Of a DNA stretch of 64,000 nucleotides, positions 27,643-36,349 are shown one piece after another (position 1 is the stretch's first letter; every line of letters begins with the position of its first letter). The notes under the pieces were generated by a model. That model saw nothing but the letters and a program-made list of their open reading frames with translations, ran no database searches and had not been told where the DNA came from. Origin of the DNA: an uncultured Haloferula sp. (GTDB taxonomy: Bacteria; Verrucomicrobiota; Verrucomicrobiia; Verrucomicrobiales; Akkermansiaceae); NCBI GenBank assembly GCA_965652295.1, contig CBFGTS010000001.1, forward strand, positions 576,001-640,000, given 5' to 3'. A program made the position numbers and the translations under genes.

Positions 27643-29973
27643 ATGAACGAGTCCGAAACCCGTGCCGAACTGATCGACCCTGCCCTCAAGGCGGCGGGGT
27701 GGGGGGTGACCGACGGCAGCCGGATTCTGCGGGAGCGGAATTGCCAGATCACGCCGGGGCGGCTGCAAGGGGCGGGACAGCGGGCCAAGGCGGAGATCGC
27801 CGACTACATTCTGGTGTTCCGGAACCGCAAGCTGGCGGTGATCGAGGCGAAGAAGCGGGATGCTCCGCTGACGCTCGGGGTGGGGCAGGCCAAGCAGTAT
27901 GCGGGAAAGCTGCAATTGCGATTCGCCTACTCGACGAACGGTCTTGGCGTGTATGAGATCGACATGGACTCGGGGAAGGAGGCGGAGCTTCCGGCTTTTC
28001 CGACTCCTGAAGAACTCTGGCAGCGGACCTTCGCCGAGGAGAGCGATTGGCGGAATCGGTTCGCTGCGATTCCCTTCGAGGACAAGGGCGGCACCTTCCA
28101 GGCCCGGTATTACCAGGATCTTGCGATCCAGCGGACGCTGGATGCCATCGCCGCCGGACAGACGCGGATGCTGCTGACGCTGGCGACCGGAACAGGAAAG
28201 ACCTTCATTGCCTTCCAGATCGCGTGGAAACTCTTCCACGCGAAGTGGAACATCGGCGGCGAGCCGACGCGGAGGCCGCGAATCCTCTTCTTGGCCGACC
28301 GCAACATCCTCGCGAACCAGGCCTTCAATGCGTTCTCGGCCTTTGACGACGACGCGCTCGTGAGAATCGAGCCGGATGCGGTGCGGAAGAAGGGCATGGT
28401 GCCGAAGAATGGCAGCGTGTTTTTCACCATCTTCCAGACCTTCATGTCGGGCTTCGACTACGCGACGAATGAAGCAAAGCCCTATTTCGGAGACTATCCG
28501 GCGGACTTTTTCGATTTCATCGTCATCGACGAATGCCACCGCGGCGGGGCGAAGGATGAGAGCACCTGGCGGGGCATTCTGGAGTATTTCTCCCCGGCAG
28601 TGCAGCTCGGTCTGACGGCGACGCCGCTACGCAAGCACAACGCGGACACCTACGCCTACTTCGGTGAGCCGATCTTCACCTATGCCCTGAAGGACGGGAT
28701 CAACGACGGTTTCCTGACGCCGTTCAAGGTGAACCAGATTTCGACCACGCTGGACGACTACGTTTACACGGCGGATGATGAGCTCATCGATGGCGACATC
28801 GAAGTCGGCAAACTCTACGACGAGGAGGATTTCAACAAGCGGATCGAGATCCGTGAGCGCGAAGCCAAGCGGGTGGAGATCTTCATGGGAATGATCGACC
28901 CGCGGGAGAAGACGATCGTTTTCTGCGCGACACAGCTTCACGCGCTGGTCGTGCGGGACCTGATCAATCAGATGAAGACGGTGAACGACCCGAACTACTG
29001 CGCACGGGTGACTGCCGATGACGGGGCCCTGGGCGAGATGCATCTGAAGCATTTCCAGGACAACGAGAAGACGATCCCGACAATCCTGACGACTTCGCAG
29101 AAGCTCTCGACGGGTGTGGATGCTCGGAACGTCCGTCACATCGTGCTCATGCGGCCGGTGAACTCGATGATCGAGTTCAAGCAAATCATCGGCCGCGGGA
29201 CGCGTCTCTTTGACGGCAAGGATTACTTCACGATCCACGATTTCGTGAAGGCCTACACCCACTTTTCGGACCCGGAATGGGATGGAGAGCCGGTCGATCC
29301 TGAGACCCCGAAGCCGAGACAGCCGGGAGGCGATGGCGAGCCTCCAGTGCTCCCTCCCACCGGCGGCCCCGAGCCGGCTTCGCGCATGGCGCGGGTGACC
29401 TTGGCGGATGGAAAGGCAAGGCAGATCCAGCATATGGTGAAAACCAGCTTCTGGGGCCCGGATGGAACGCCGCTGTCCTCGGAGGAATTCTTGCAGCGAC
29501 TCTACGGGGATCTGCCGGAGTTTTTCAGGGACGAGCAGGAGTTACGTGATCTCTGGAGCGACCCGACGACCCGTAAGCGGTTGTTCGAGGGGTTGGCGGA
29601 CAAGGGCTATTCTTCAGAGCATTTGAAGCAGATGAGAAAGCTCATCGGTGCGGAAAACAGCGACCTGTTTGACGTGCTGGCCTATGTGTCGTTCGCGCTT
29701 GAGCCCGTGACGCGGGAGAAGCGGGTGGTGGAGCACAAGGATCTGATTTTCTCCCACTACGAGGACAAGCAGCAGGCGTTTCTGGACTTCGTGCTGGCTC
29801 AGTATGTGAAGCTGGGCGTTGAGGAACTGGGGGTGGAGAAACTGCCCGCCCTACTGGAACTCAAGTATCACAGCCTGCACGACGCCGGGGAAGCATTGGG
29901 AGAAGCGCCCAAAATCCGAAATCTCTTCACAGGATTCCAGAGACACCTATTCGACGGTAAGGAAACGGCATGA
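27643..29973 (+). CDS. hsdR: Type I R-M restriction/motor subunit (EcoAI/EcoEI-like)
   Basis: ADY...VIEAK nuclease motif, LATGTGKT, DECHR, LTATP, STGVD, QIIGRGTR. Confidence 0.95.
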   Translation: MNESETRAELIDPALKAAGWGVTDGSRILRERNCQITPGRLQGAGQRAKAEIADYILVFRNRKLAVIEAKKRDAPLTLGVGQAKQYAGKLQLRFAYSTNGLGVYEIDMDSGKEAELPAFPTPEELWQRTFAEESDWRNRFAAIPFEDKGGTFQARYYQDLAIQRTLDAIAAGQTRMLLTLATGTGKTFIAFQIAWKLFHAKWNIGGEPTRRPRILFLADRNILANQAFNAFSAFDDDALVRIEPDAVRKKGMVPKNGSVFFTIFQTFMSGFDYATNEAKPYFGDYPADFFDFIVIDECHRGGAKDESTWRGILEYFSPAVQLGLTATPLRKHNADTYAYFGEPIFTYALKDGINDGFLTPFKVNQISTTLDDYVYTADDELIDGDIEVGKLYDEEDFNKRIEIREREAKRVEIFMGMIDPREKTIVFCATQLHALVVRDLINQMKTVNDPNYCARVTADDGALGEMHLKHFQDNEKTIPTILTTSQKLSTGVDARNVRHIVLMRPVNSMIEFKQIIGRGTRLFDGKDYFTIHDFVKAYTHFSDPEWDGEPVDPETPKPRQPGGDGEPPVLPPTGGPEPASRMARVTLADGKARQIQHMVKTSFWGPDGTPLSSEEFLQRLYGDLPEFFRDEQELRDLWSDPTTRKRLFEGLADKGYSSEHLKQMRKLIGAENSDLFDVLAYVSFALEPVTREKRVVEHKDLIFSHYEDKQQAFLDFVLAQYVKLGVEELGVEKLPALLELKYHSLHDAGEALGEAPKIRNLFTGFQRHLFDGKETA

Positions 29974-30072
29974 CATTCAAGCGTCAGACCGAGAGTCGCG
30001 AAAGGGGCTTTGACGAGATCTCGAGGGGTAACCTCGATATGTTCTAACGATTTTGGCGAGCTCGGACCGCCC

Positions 30073-31557
30073 TCACTGCCACTTCCAGTCCGATCTTCTG
30101 ATCCATTGGAGGGCTTCCTTGACGTCCACGCCCTTCCGCGCGTTTCGTGCAAAGAGCGCTTTCCGCTTGTCCCAGGTCCGCTGCTCGAATGAGGAGGGTT
30201 CGTAATGTTTCTCATACGGTGCCTGGTTGCCGACGAGCATGACGAGGAAGCCCTCGATGCCGAAATCGTTGGACGCCGGAGGCAGGAAATGCCGGGCGAC
30301 ATTCGAGGGCCCGGTTTCCCGGTAGAACTGAAGGAGCTCGGCGATGCCGGAGAGATCGGTCTCTTCCCGACACCGGCGCCAGAAGTCGGTGGTTCCCGCT
30401 TGGTTGAGCTGATAGTGGAGGCCGAGGAAATCCCGGATGATCTCCCAGTTTCGGTAGCGGTTTTCGTTGTAGAGCTGCCGGACGGCGGGAGTCGGCTCGA
30501 GTTGCGAATGAATGAGAAGACCGGCCAGTCCGCGGCATTGGGAGCAGATGATCATCAGCGCGGTGGCTTCCAGCGGCTCGACGAATCCCGAGGAATTGCC
30601 GATCGCGATCACGTTGTCCACCCAGGTGCGGCGATGGCACCCGGAGCGGAAACGGATGATTCGGGGCGAGTCCGGAACCTTCGGATTCTTCCGGCGGAAT
30701 TCTCCAAACGCCGCGTCGTCTGAAATCATGTCCGAGCAATAGACATAGCCGCGATTCACGTGCTCTTCGTGCTCGATCTTCCAGCTCCACCCGTAATTCA
30801 TCGCCTCGGCGGTGGTGTAGGCCATGATCGGCTCGTCGTCGCCGCGCTGCCATCCGCCCACGACCGCACGGTCGCAGAACAGGGTTTTGTTGAAATTCTC
30901 GAAAGGCTCTTCGAGCACCTTGCCCAGTAGTTCGCTGCCGAAGCCGCTGGCGTCCACGTAAAGGTCCGCCTCGATTTTCCGGCCATCGGTGAGGTGAACG
31001 GCGGTGATGCCTCCGGGCCCGCGTTGTGCGCCGGACATGGTTCCGTTCGTGATGACGACCTTGGACTCGATGACCTCCTTTTCCAGCGTCTCGACAAACC
31101 GGTGGTTCTCGATGTGAAACGCGGTCTTGAAGGGGATCACGGGACTGCCGTTCGCGTTGCGTGCAAAGGCCTTGCCGGCGCTCATCAGCGCGGACTCCGG
31201 ATCGACATCGTTGAAATCCTCGTCGCAGTAGAAGCCGCTGGGCATCTTGAGGTCATCGTACTGCCGGTCGAGCTGGTGGCTGAAGGTGTAGTTGAAGATT
31301 TCACGACTTCCCCATTCGAAGCGGATGCCCAGTTTCCAGGTCGGCTGGGCCATCTTGTAAAATCTTTCCTGTTTGATCCCCAGATAATCGAAGAGGTGCT
31401 CGGGAACGTTCGGAGTGGTTCCTTCCCCGACCCCGATGACGCCCAGATTGGGATCGCGGAGGATCTCGATATCCAGGGACGGGATCTTCCTCTTGAGGGT
31501 GAGCGCGGCGAGAAGCCCCGCGCTTCCACTGCCTAGAACCAGCACCTTTCTGATCAT
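30073..31557 (-). CDS. Flavin-dependent tryptophan-halogenase-family protein
   Basis: GSGSAG Rossmann motif, IGVGEGT, conserved K in TWKLGIRF, WSWKI (WxWxI), GFVEPLEAT. Confidence 0.92.
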   Translation of the reverse strand: MIRKVLVLGSGSAGLLAALTLKRKIPSLDIEILRDPNLGVIGVGEGTTPNVPEHLFDYLGIKQERFYKMAQPTWKLGIRFEWGSREIFNYTFSHQLDRQYDDLKMPSGFYCDEDFNDVDPESALMSAGKAFARNANGSPVIPFKTAFHIENHRFVETLEKEVIESKVVITNGTMSGAQRGPGGITAVHLTDGRKIEADLYVDASGFGSELLGKVLEEPFENFNKTLFCDRAVVGGWQRGDDEPIMAYTTAEAMNYGWSWKIEHEEHVNRGYVYCSDMISDDAAFGEFRRKNPKVPDSPRIIRFRSGCHRRTWVDNVIAIGNSSGFVEPLEATALMIICSQCRGLAGLLIHSQLEPTPAVRQLYNENRYRNWEIIRDFLGLHYQLNQAGTTDFWRRCREETDLSGIAELLQFYRETGPSNVARHFLPPASNDFGIEGFLVMLVGNQAPYEKHYEPSSFEQRTWDKRKALFARNARKGVDVKEALQWIRRSDWKWQ

Positions 31558-31582
31558 ATGATTGACGGGGGGGTGGTGAATG

Positions 31583-34500
31583 TTAGTTGGGAATCGATGA
31601 CAAGCGGACGAAAAGTTGTACGGGCACCTCACCGCTCGAATCATATTGGAGCTCGAAGGGTGTTTCGGTCGCCGGCCAGTCGGCGGCGCGGATGAGGCCG
31701 TAGTCGGTCCATTCGGTGAGGCTTTCGGAGATGTGGATCCGGTAGTTGCGGCCGGGGATGGAATCGAAGTTGCCGAGCACCACGCCGTTGGCGGAATCCG
31801 GCTGCCATTCGACGACGCGGAGCCGGCTGGTGGAATCAAGCGGGTGGGTTCCGAGCTGGCGCTCTTCGTCATCGGTGAAGCCGTCGCCATCGCTGTCGAG
31901 CGTGGCGGACAACAGGCTGACATCGGCGGCGTAGGCGAGTTCCCAGGTGTCGGGGAGGCCGTCGTCGTCCATGTCGGATTCGCTGACGGTCGGGGTGATG
32001 ACCAGGGAGAAGTAGTAGTTGCGGCCGAAGTTGGTGAAGACCGAGCTGGCGAAGTCCGGCGCGAGGCCAACGGTGACGCTGCCCGAGCCGCTTGTTCCGC
32101 TGCTGCCGGAGTAGTGGATCTGGTCCGCGGGGGCCGCGGTGTCGAAGGTGATCGCGCCGGCACCTCCACCGCCGGAGCCGTCGGGATACGCGTCGAGAAA
32201 TCCCATGGCGACCGTTTCACCGGGGGCGAGCGTGAGTGGAGCCGGGAAATCGTTGAAGGCGACGTCGTTGAAGCCGGGCGCGTGGCTGGTGACGGTCTTG
32301 CCGACGGCGAGCACGGTGAAGTTGTTGTCGCCGTTGACGCGTACGACGAAGGGGGTGAGCGGCGTGCCGGTGACTGCGGCGGCGTGGAACTGGAAACGGT
32401 CCACGGTGAGGTTGAGAAGCGCTCCACTCGTGTTGGTGAAGGTGTCGGTCTCGTTGATCACCATGTTCGAGGACCAGGTGTCGGCCGCGGGCGAGGAGCC
32501 GGGAGGCTGCTCGTTGCCGATCCGCCACGGTGCGAGGAAAGTGATCGAGAAGTAGTAGTTTCGTCCCAGATTGGTGACGACGGATGAGCCGAAGTCGGGC
32601 GCGGAGCCGACGGTGACGCTGAACGAGCCGTCGGTGCCGGAGGCCCCGGAGTAGTGGATCGAATCGGTCGGTGCCGCGGTGTCGTAGGAGATGACTCCGG
32701 TTCCCGCCGCACCGCTGCCATCCGGGTAAGCATCGAGGAAACCCATCGCGATCGTTTCACCGGCGGCCAGGGTGAGGGCGACCGGCGAGGCGGAGAAGGG
32801 TAGGTCGTTGGTGCCGAGCGCATGGCTGGTGATCGTGTCGCCGATGGCGCGGACGGTGAAGTTGTCGGTCCCGGCATTCACCCGGACCACGAAGGGCGTG
32901 ATCGGGGTGCCGGTGACGTTGGAGGCGTGGAACAGGAAGCGGTCGAGGGTGATGTCGAGCGGTGCGCCGGTGGTGTTGGTGAAGGTGTCCGATCTGTTGA
33001 TGACCATGTTCGACTGCCAGGTGTCGGCGGCCACCGTGCCGGTCGGTTGGTTGCCGTTGCCGATGGCGTGGCTTTCCAACGCGGCGAGCGATCCCTGGGG
33101 GCCGGTGCACGAGTCCACTTCCATGCCGAGGATCCAGTTGGCGAGCCGGACCACCGACTCGTCGTCCACCCGTCCGCGGCCGATCGGGGGCATGCGGTGG
33201 GCGGCGATCGTGTTGAGGCGCTCAAGGACGACGGATTGCCCCGGCAGGCCCGGCTTGATCGCCCTCGCGCCCTCGATGCCGAGATCGTCGTTCACGGGGC
33301 CACAGAGCAGGCCTTGAACGGCAAGCGGCGTTGTCAGCCGGGCATCGAAGAGCGCGCGGGTCCCGCCGGGCGTGTGGCAGTGGGAGCAGTTGCTGTCGAG
33401 GTAGGAGCGTACGAAGTCCGCGTCGGACACCGCCGGATCCTCCCGGTCGGCGGAAGTCAGGGCGTTGCGCAGCGAGACCTCGCTCCGGGGCGTGGCGATG
33501 AAGCCGAGCTTGCTGAGGGTTTCCACCTGATGGGCGACGCGGCCGGTCGTGGGGTAGAGGATATTGCGGTTGAGCTGGCGGGTGCTGAGGCCGAGGACGC
33601 CGCCGGTGTTCGTGTTGTGGCAGGCGTTGCACTGGGCCCGCGAGGGAAAGAGGTAGTCGACGAACTCGCCGCCGATGTTGAGAGATTCGGTGGCGCCTTC
33701 CTCCAACAGAACGGCGTCGCTTTGATCCGGAAGCCAGCGGTAGGTCACGCCGCCCCAGACACCATCGCTGCCGCGGATGAGGACCCGCGTTTCGAGCTTC
33801 GCGCCACTGCCGGGGAGGGCGAAATGCTTCACCAGCACCGAGCCGATCGGGAGGTTCCAGCGCTCGCTGTCGTTGTAGGTGATCCGTTCCGCTTCGGTGT
33901 CGGGAGTGCCGTCGCCGGCGATCATCATCCAGCGGGATTTCACGGCACCGTCCGACCAGAGGGGCATGTTCACCTCGTAGGGGATGAGCTGGGGGATGGG
34001 CGTGAGCGTTGAAAGATCGCTGAAGAGTCCGGTGGCGGACAGCGTTGGGGGAAAGACGGAGTCCTCGATGGCACCGGTGTCCGGCCTGAGCCGGAAGATG
34101 CGTCCGTTGCCCGGCTGACCGGCACCCATCTGGGTGACGAAGAGCTCGCCGTCCGCGTTGTGACCGAAGGAGGAAATGCCGGTCCAGATGTTCCCGGATC
34201 GCGCTTGTCCGATGCGCGTGACTGAGTTCGCCGTCTTGGTCACCGGGTCGAAATCGAGGGCGTAGATGCCTTGGGACCCGTTGTCGCCGAAGATGTATTT
34301 TCCCTGCAGAAAAGAAATGGCATCGCCCCGGTAAACGTAGCCGCCGATCACGCAGTTGCCGAGCGAGTCGGCTCCGGAGTGGCTGTAGTCGAAGATCGGG
34401 CCGCGCTCGGTTCCGATCAGCGGCGAGGGCGCGGCGCGGAAGCCGGGGGCGGTTCCTTCCATGTAGTTCCACTGGAAGTTCAGTCCCGGGGCATCGAGCA

Positions 34501-36331
34501 GGTCGATTTCCTCGCGGGCATCGTGACCGACATCTCCGATCCAGAAGCCGGTGGCCGGATCGAAGCTCATGCGGTGGGGCTGGCGCAATCCGATGGCGTA
34601 GAATTCCTCCAAGACCGTGCCGTCGGGATTCACCCAGGGGTTGTCATTCGGGATGTGATATCCCTGGGTGAACGATCCATGCGAAGACGAGGCGTTGTAG
34701 GGCTGGCGGATGATGGGATGGCTGACGGCTCCGCCCTGCTGGTCCACGTCGATGCGCCAGACGCCCGAGCGGACGCGCGAGTAGAGGAGTTGGGTGAAGT
34801 CGTTGGCGCCGGTGCCCTGGATGCCTTCATCGCCGAAGGAGATGTAGAGAAACCCGTCATCGCCGAACGCGAGGCCGCCGCCGTCGTGGCCTTTCTCGGT
34901 GTCGTATTGGTTGATCAGGATGAGTTCCGAACCGGGGTCGAAGGTCGAGGTCACCGGGTTCCAGGAAAATCGAGACAGGCGGTCGTAGTAAGGCGTGCTT
35001 GCGTTCGCGGCGTCGTTCTCGTTGTGGAGGTAGAAGACGTAGATGAAGTCCTTGTCCTCGCCCTGTCCGAAGCGCGGATGGAGGGCGAAGGTCTGCATGC
35101 CGCCGTGCTTGGTGCCGTTGTCGTTGGATGACCAGTTGTAGTACCAGGCCCGCTCGCGGATATCGAGAAGCAGGGTGCGGGTGGTCGTGGTGTCATCGTC
35201 GGGAACGCGATAAAGACGGCCGTCGGTTTCCGCGATCAGGAGGTCGGTCGAGCCGGGAAAGGGCGACACCTGGATCGGCGAATCCCAGGAAAGATCCGGG
35301 AAAGCCCGCTCGACGGCGACGGTGCTCACCGGAGTCGGTTTTTCGGGAAGCATGCCGCCGTGGAAGGGATCGGCGGCGGGAGCCGAGTCGAGGCCGCTGA
35401 CACCTTCCTCATAGGGTCGCAGCGAGGTCGCGGCGGGCGTGGGAAAGTCGGCGGGTAAGGCAGCGCCGGGATCTCGCTTGGCGAGCCACTTCATCGCGCG
35501 GATGAAGACGGTCTGGAAGGCGGCGCAGCGCGCGCCCGGCGGTTCGGCGACATCGCCCCAGACGTGACAGTAGCTGCTGGCGTAAGTACGGCCCGCGCCG
35601 TATTCGACGGTCCAGTCGATGGGAAAGCGGGTGCCGTCGCGGTCGGCCGCGTACGACAGCACGGTCAGGTTTTCCGCCGGACCGCGGGCGTAGCGATAGA
35701 CCTCGATGTCGGCCACCATCCAGGTGGCGGGTAGTCCGGCGTGGATGGGGTGATCGCCGCGCTTGGAGACGAGCACGTCCTGACGCGCGCCATGGTTGGT
35801 ACTTTCCCCGGCACCGGCGGCGATCACGTTGATGCTGCCGTCGGCATTCACGGTGATCGCCTTGCCGAAGGTCCTGTCGCGCCAGCCGAGGCCGATGATC
35901 TGGTTGTATTGCGGCCACTCGGCGAAGGAGTTGTTCGCCTCGTGGAAGGCGTAGAAGCCGCCGCCGCCATGGACGTAGGCGGCGAAGGAGTCCTTCACTT
36001 CCTGCGGCCATGAGGGCAGGCCACCGAGGTTGTTGTAGCCCGAAATGACCACGTCGTAGTCGTTGAACTCCGGACGCCAGGCGTTCCATGCCGGGTCACC
36101 GGCCGCGGTGGGCGTGACGGTGAAGTCCACGTCGAAGGAACCGTCCTTGGCGAGAATGGCGCGGACGATGTTCAGGCGCTTTTCCCACGCGTGGTTCGTC
36201 ACGCCCTCGACGATGAGAACTTTGATCTTCGCCTCGTTCTCCGCCTCGTTGTCGGCGAGGGAAACGAAGGCAAATGCGAGGAGCAGGAGGGGGAGAAGCA
36301 GCGAGATTCGTTTCAGGGCGGAATGGCTCAA
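31583..36331 (-). CDS. Secreted multidomain redox protein: ThuA-like domain + PQQ-type sugar dehydrogenase propeller + diheme cytochrome c + two tandem ~181-aa repeats + C-terminal putative sorting domain
   Basis: KVLIVEG..NHAW ThuA-like N-terminus; HDGGGLAFGDDGFLYISFGD and IGLRQPHR; CNACH and CSHCH; ends SESLTEW...QLFVRLSSIPN; TTG start. Confidence 0.88.
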   Translation of the reverse strand: MSHSALKRISLLLPLLLLAFAFVSLADNEAENEAKIKVLIVEGVTNHAWEKRLNIVRAILAKDGSFDVDFTVTPTAAGDPAWNAWRPEFNDYDVVISGYNNLGGLPSWPQEVKDSFAAYVHGGGGFYAFHEANNSFAEWPQYNQIIGLGWRDRTFGKAITVNADGSINVIAAGAGESTNHGARQDVLVSKRGDHPIHAGLPATWMVADIEVYRYARGPAENLTVLSYAADRDGTRFPIDWTVEYGAGRTYASSYCHVWGDVAEPPGARCAAFQTVFIRAMKWLAKRDPGAALPADFPTPAATSLRPYEEGVSGLDSAPAADPFHGGMLPEKPTPVSTVAVERAFPDLSWDSPIQVSPFPGSTDLLIAETDGRLYRVPDDDTTTTRTLLLDIRERAWYYNWSSNDNGTKHGGMQTFALHPRFGQGEDKDFIYVFYLHNENDAANASTPYYDRLSRFSWNPVTSTFDPGSELILINQYDTEKGHDGGGLAFGDDGFLYISFGDEGIQGTGANDFTQLLYSRVRSGVWRIDVDQQGGAVSHPIIRQPYNASSSHGSFTQGYHIPNDNPWVNPDGTVLEEFYAIGLRQPHRMSFDPATGFWIGDVGHDAREEIDLLDAPGLNFQWNYMEGTAPGFRAAPSPLIGTERGPIFDYSHSGADSLGNCVIGGYVYRGDAISFLQGKYIFGDNGSQGIYALDFDPVTKTANSVTRIGQARSGNIWTGISSFGHNADGELFVTQMGAGQPGNGRIFRLRPDTGAIEDSVFPPTLSATGLFSDLSTLTPIPQLIPYEVNMPLWSDGAVKSRWMMIAGDGTPDTEAERITYNDSERWNLPIGSVLVKHFALPGSGAKLETRVLIRGSDGVWGGVTYRWLPDQSDAVLLEEGATESLNIGGEFVDYLFPSRAQCNACHNTNTGGVLGLSTRQLNRNILYPTTGRVAHQVETLSKLGFIATPRSEVSLRNALTSADREDPAVSDADFVRSYLDSNCSHCHTPGGTRALFDARLTTPLAVQGLLCGPVNDDLGIEGARAIKPGLPGQSVVLERLNTIAAHRMPPIGRGRVDDESVVRLANWILGMEVDSCTGPQGSLAALESHAIGNGNQPTGTVAADTWQSNMVINRSDTFTNTTGAPLDITLDRFLFHASNVTGTPITPFVVRVNAGTDNFTVRAIGDTITSHALGTNDLPFSASPVALTLAAGETIAMGFLDAYPDGSGAAGTGVISYDTAAPTDSIHYSGASGTDGSFSVTVGSAPDFGSSVVTNLGRNYYFSITFLAPWRIGNEQPPGSSPAADTWSSNMVINETDTFTNTSGALLNLTVDRFQFHAAAVTGTPLTPFVVRVNGDNNFTVLAVGKTVTSHAPGFNDVAFNDFPAPLTLAPGETVAMGFLDAYPDGSGGGGAGAITFDTAAPADQIHYSGSSGTSGSGSVTVGLAPDFASSVFTNFGRNYYFSLVITPTVSESDMDDDGLPDTWELAYAADVSLLSATLDSDGDGFTDDEERQLGTHPLDSTSRLRVVEWQPDSANGVVLGNFDSIPGRNYRIHISESLTEWTDYGLIRAADWPATETPFELQYDSSGEVPVQLFVRLSSIPN
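31991..33064 (-). repeat. Tandem intragenic duplication (2 x 543 nt) encoding an unassigned beta-rich domain
   Basis: IGN...ADTW.SNMVIN..DTFTN...MGFLDAYPDGSG...GRNYYFS occurs twice, starting at 33064 and 32521. Confidence 0.9.
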
Positions 36332-36349
36332 TGGGTTTTTGAGATAGGG

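Noticed and set aside
21120..29973. R-M locus as a mobile element or a phase-variable hsdS shufflon
   Set aside because: No integrase, transposase, tRNA, flanking direct repeats, second hsdS or recombinase seen
31558..32427. 290-aa N-terminal extension of the halogenase ORF
   Set aside because: Ser/Pro/Thr-rich off-frame reading of the upstream gene; the halogenase begins at MIRKVLVLGSG (31557)
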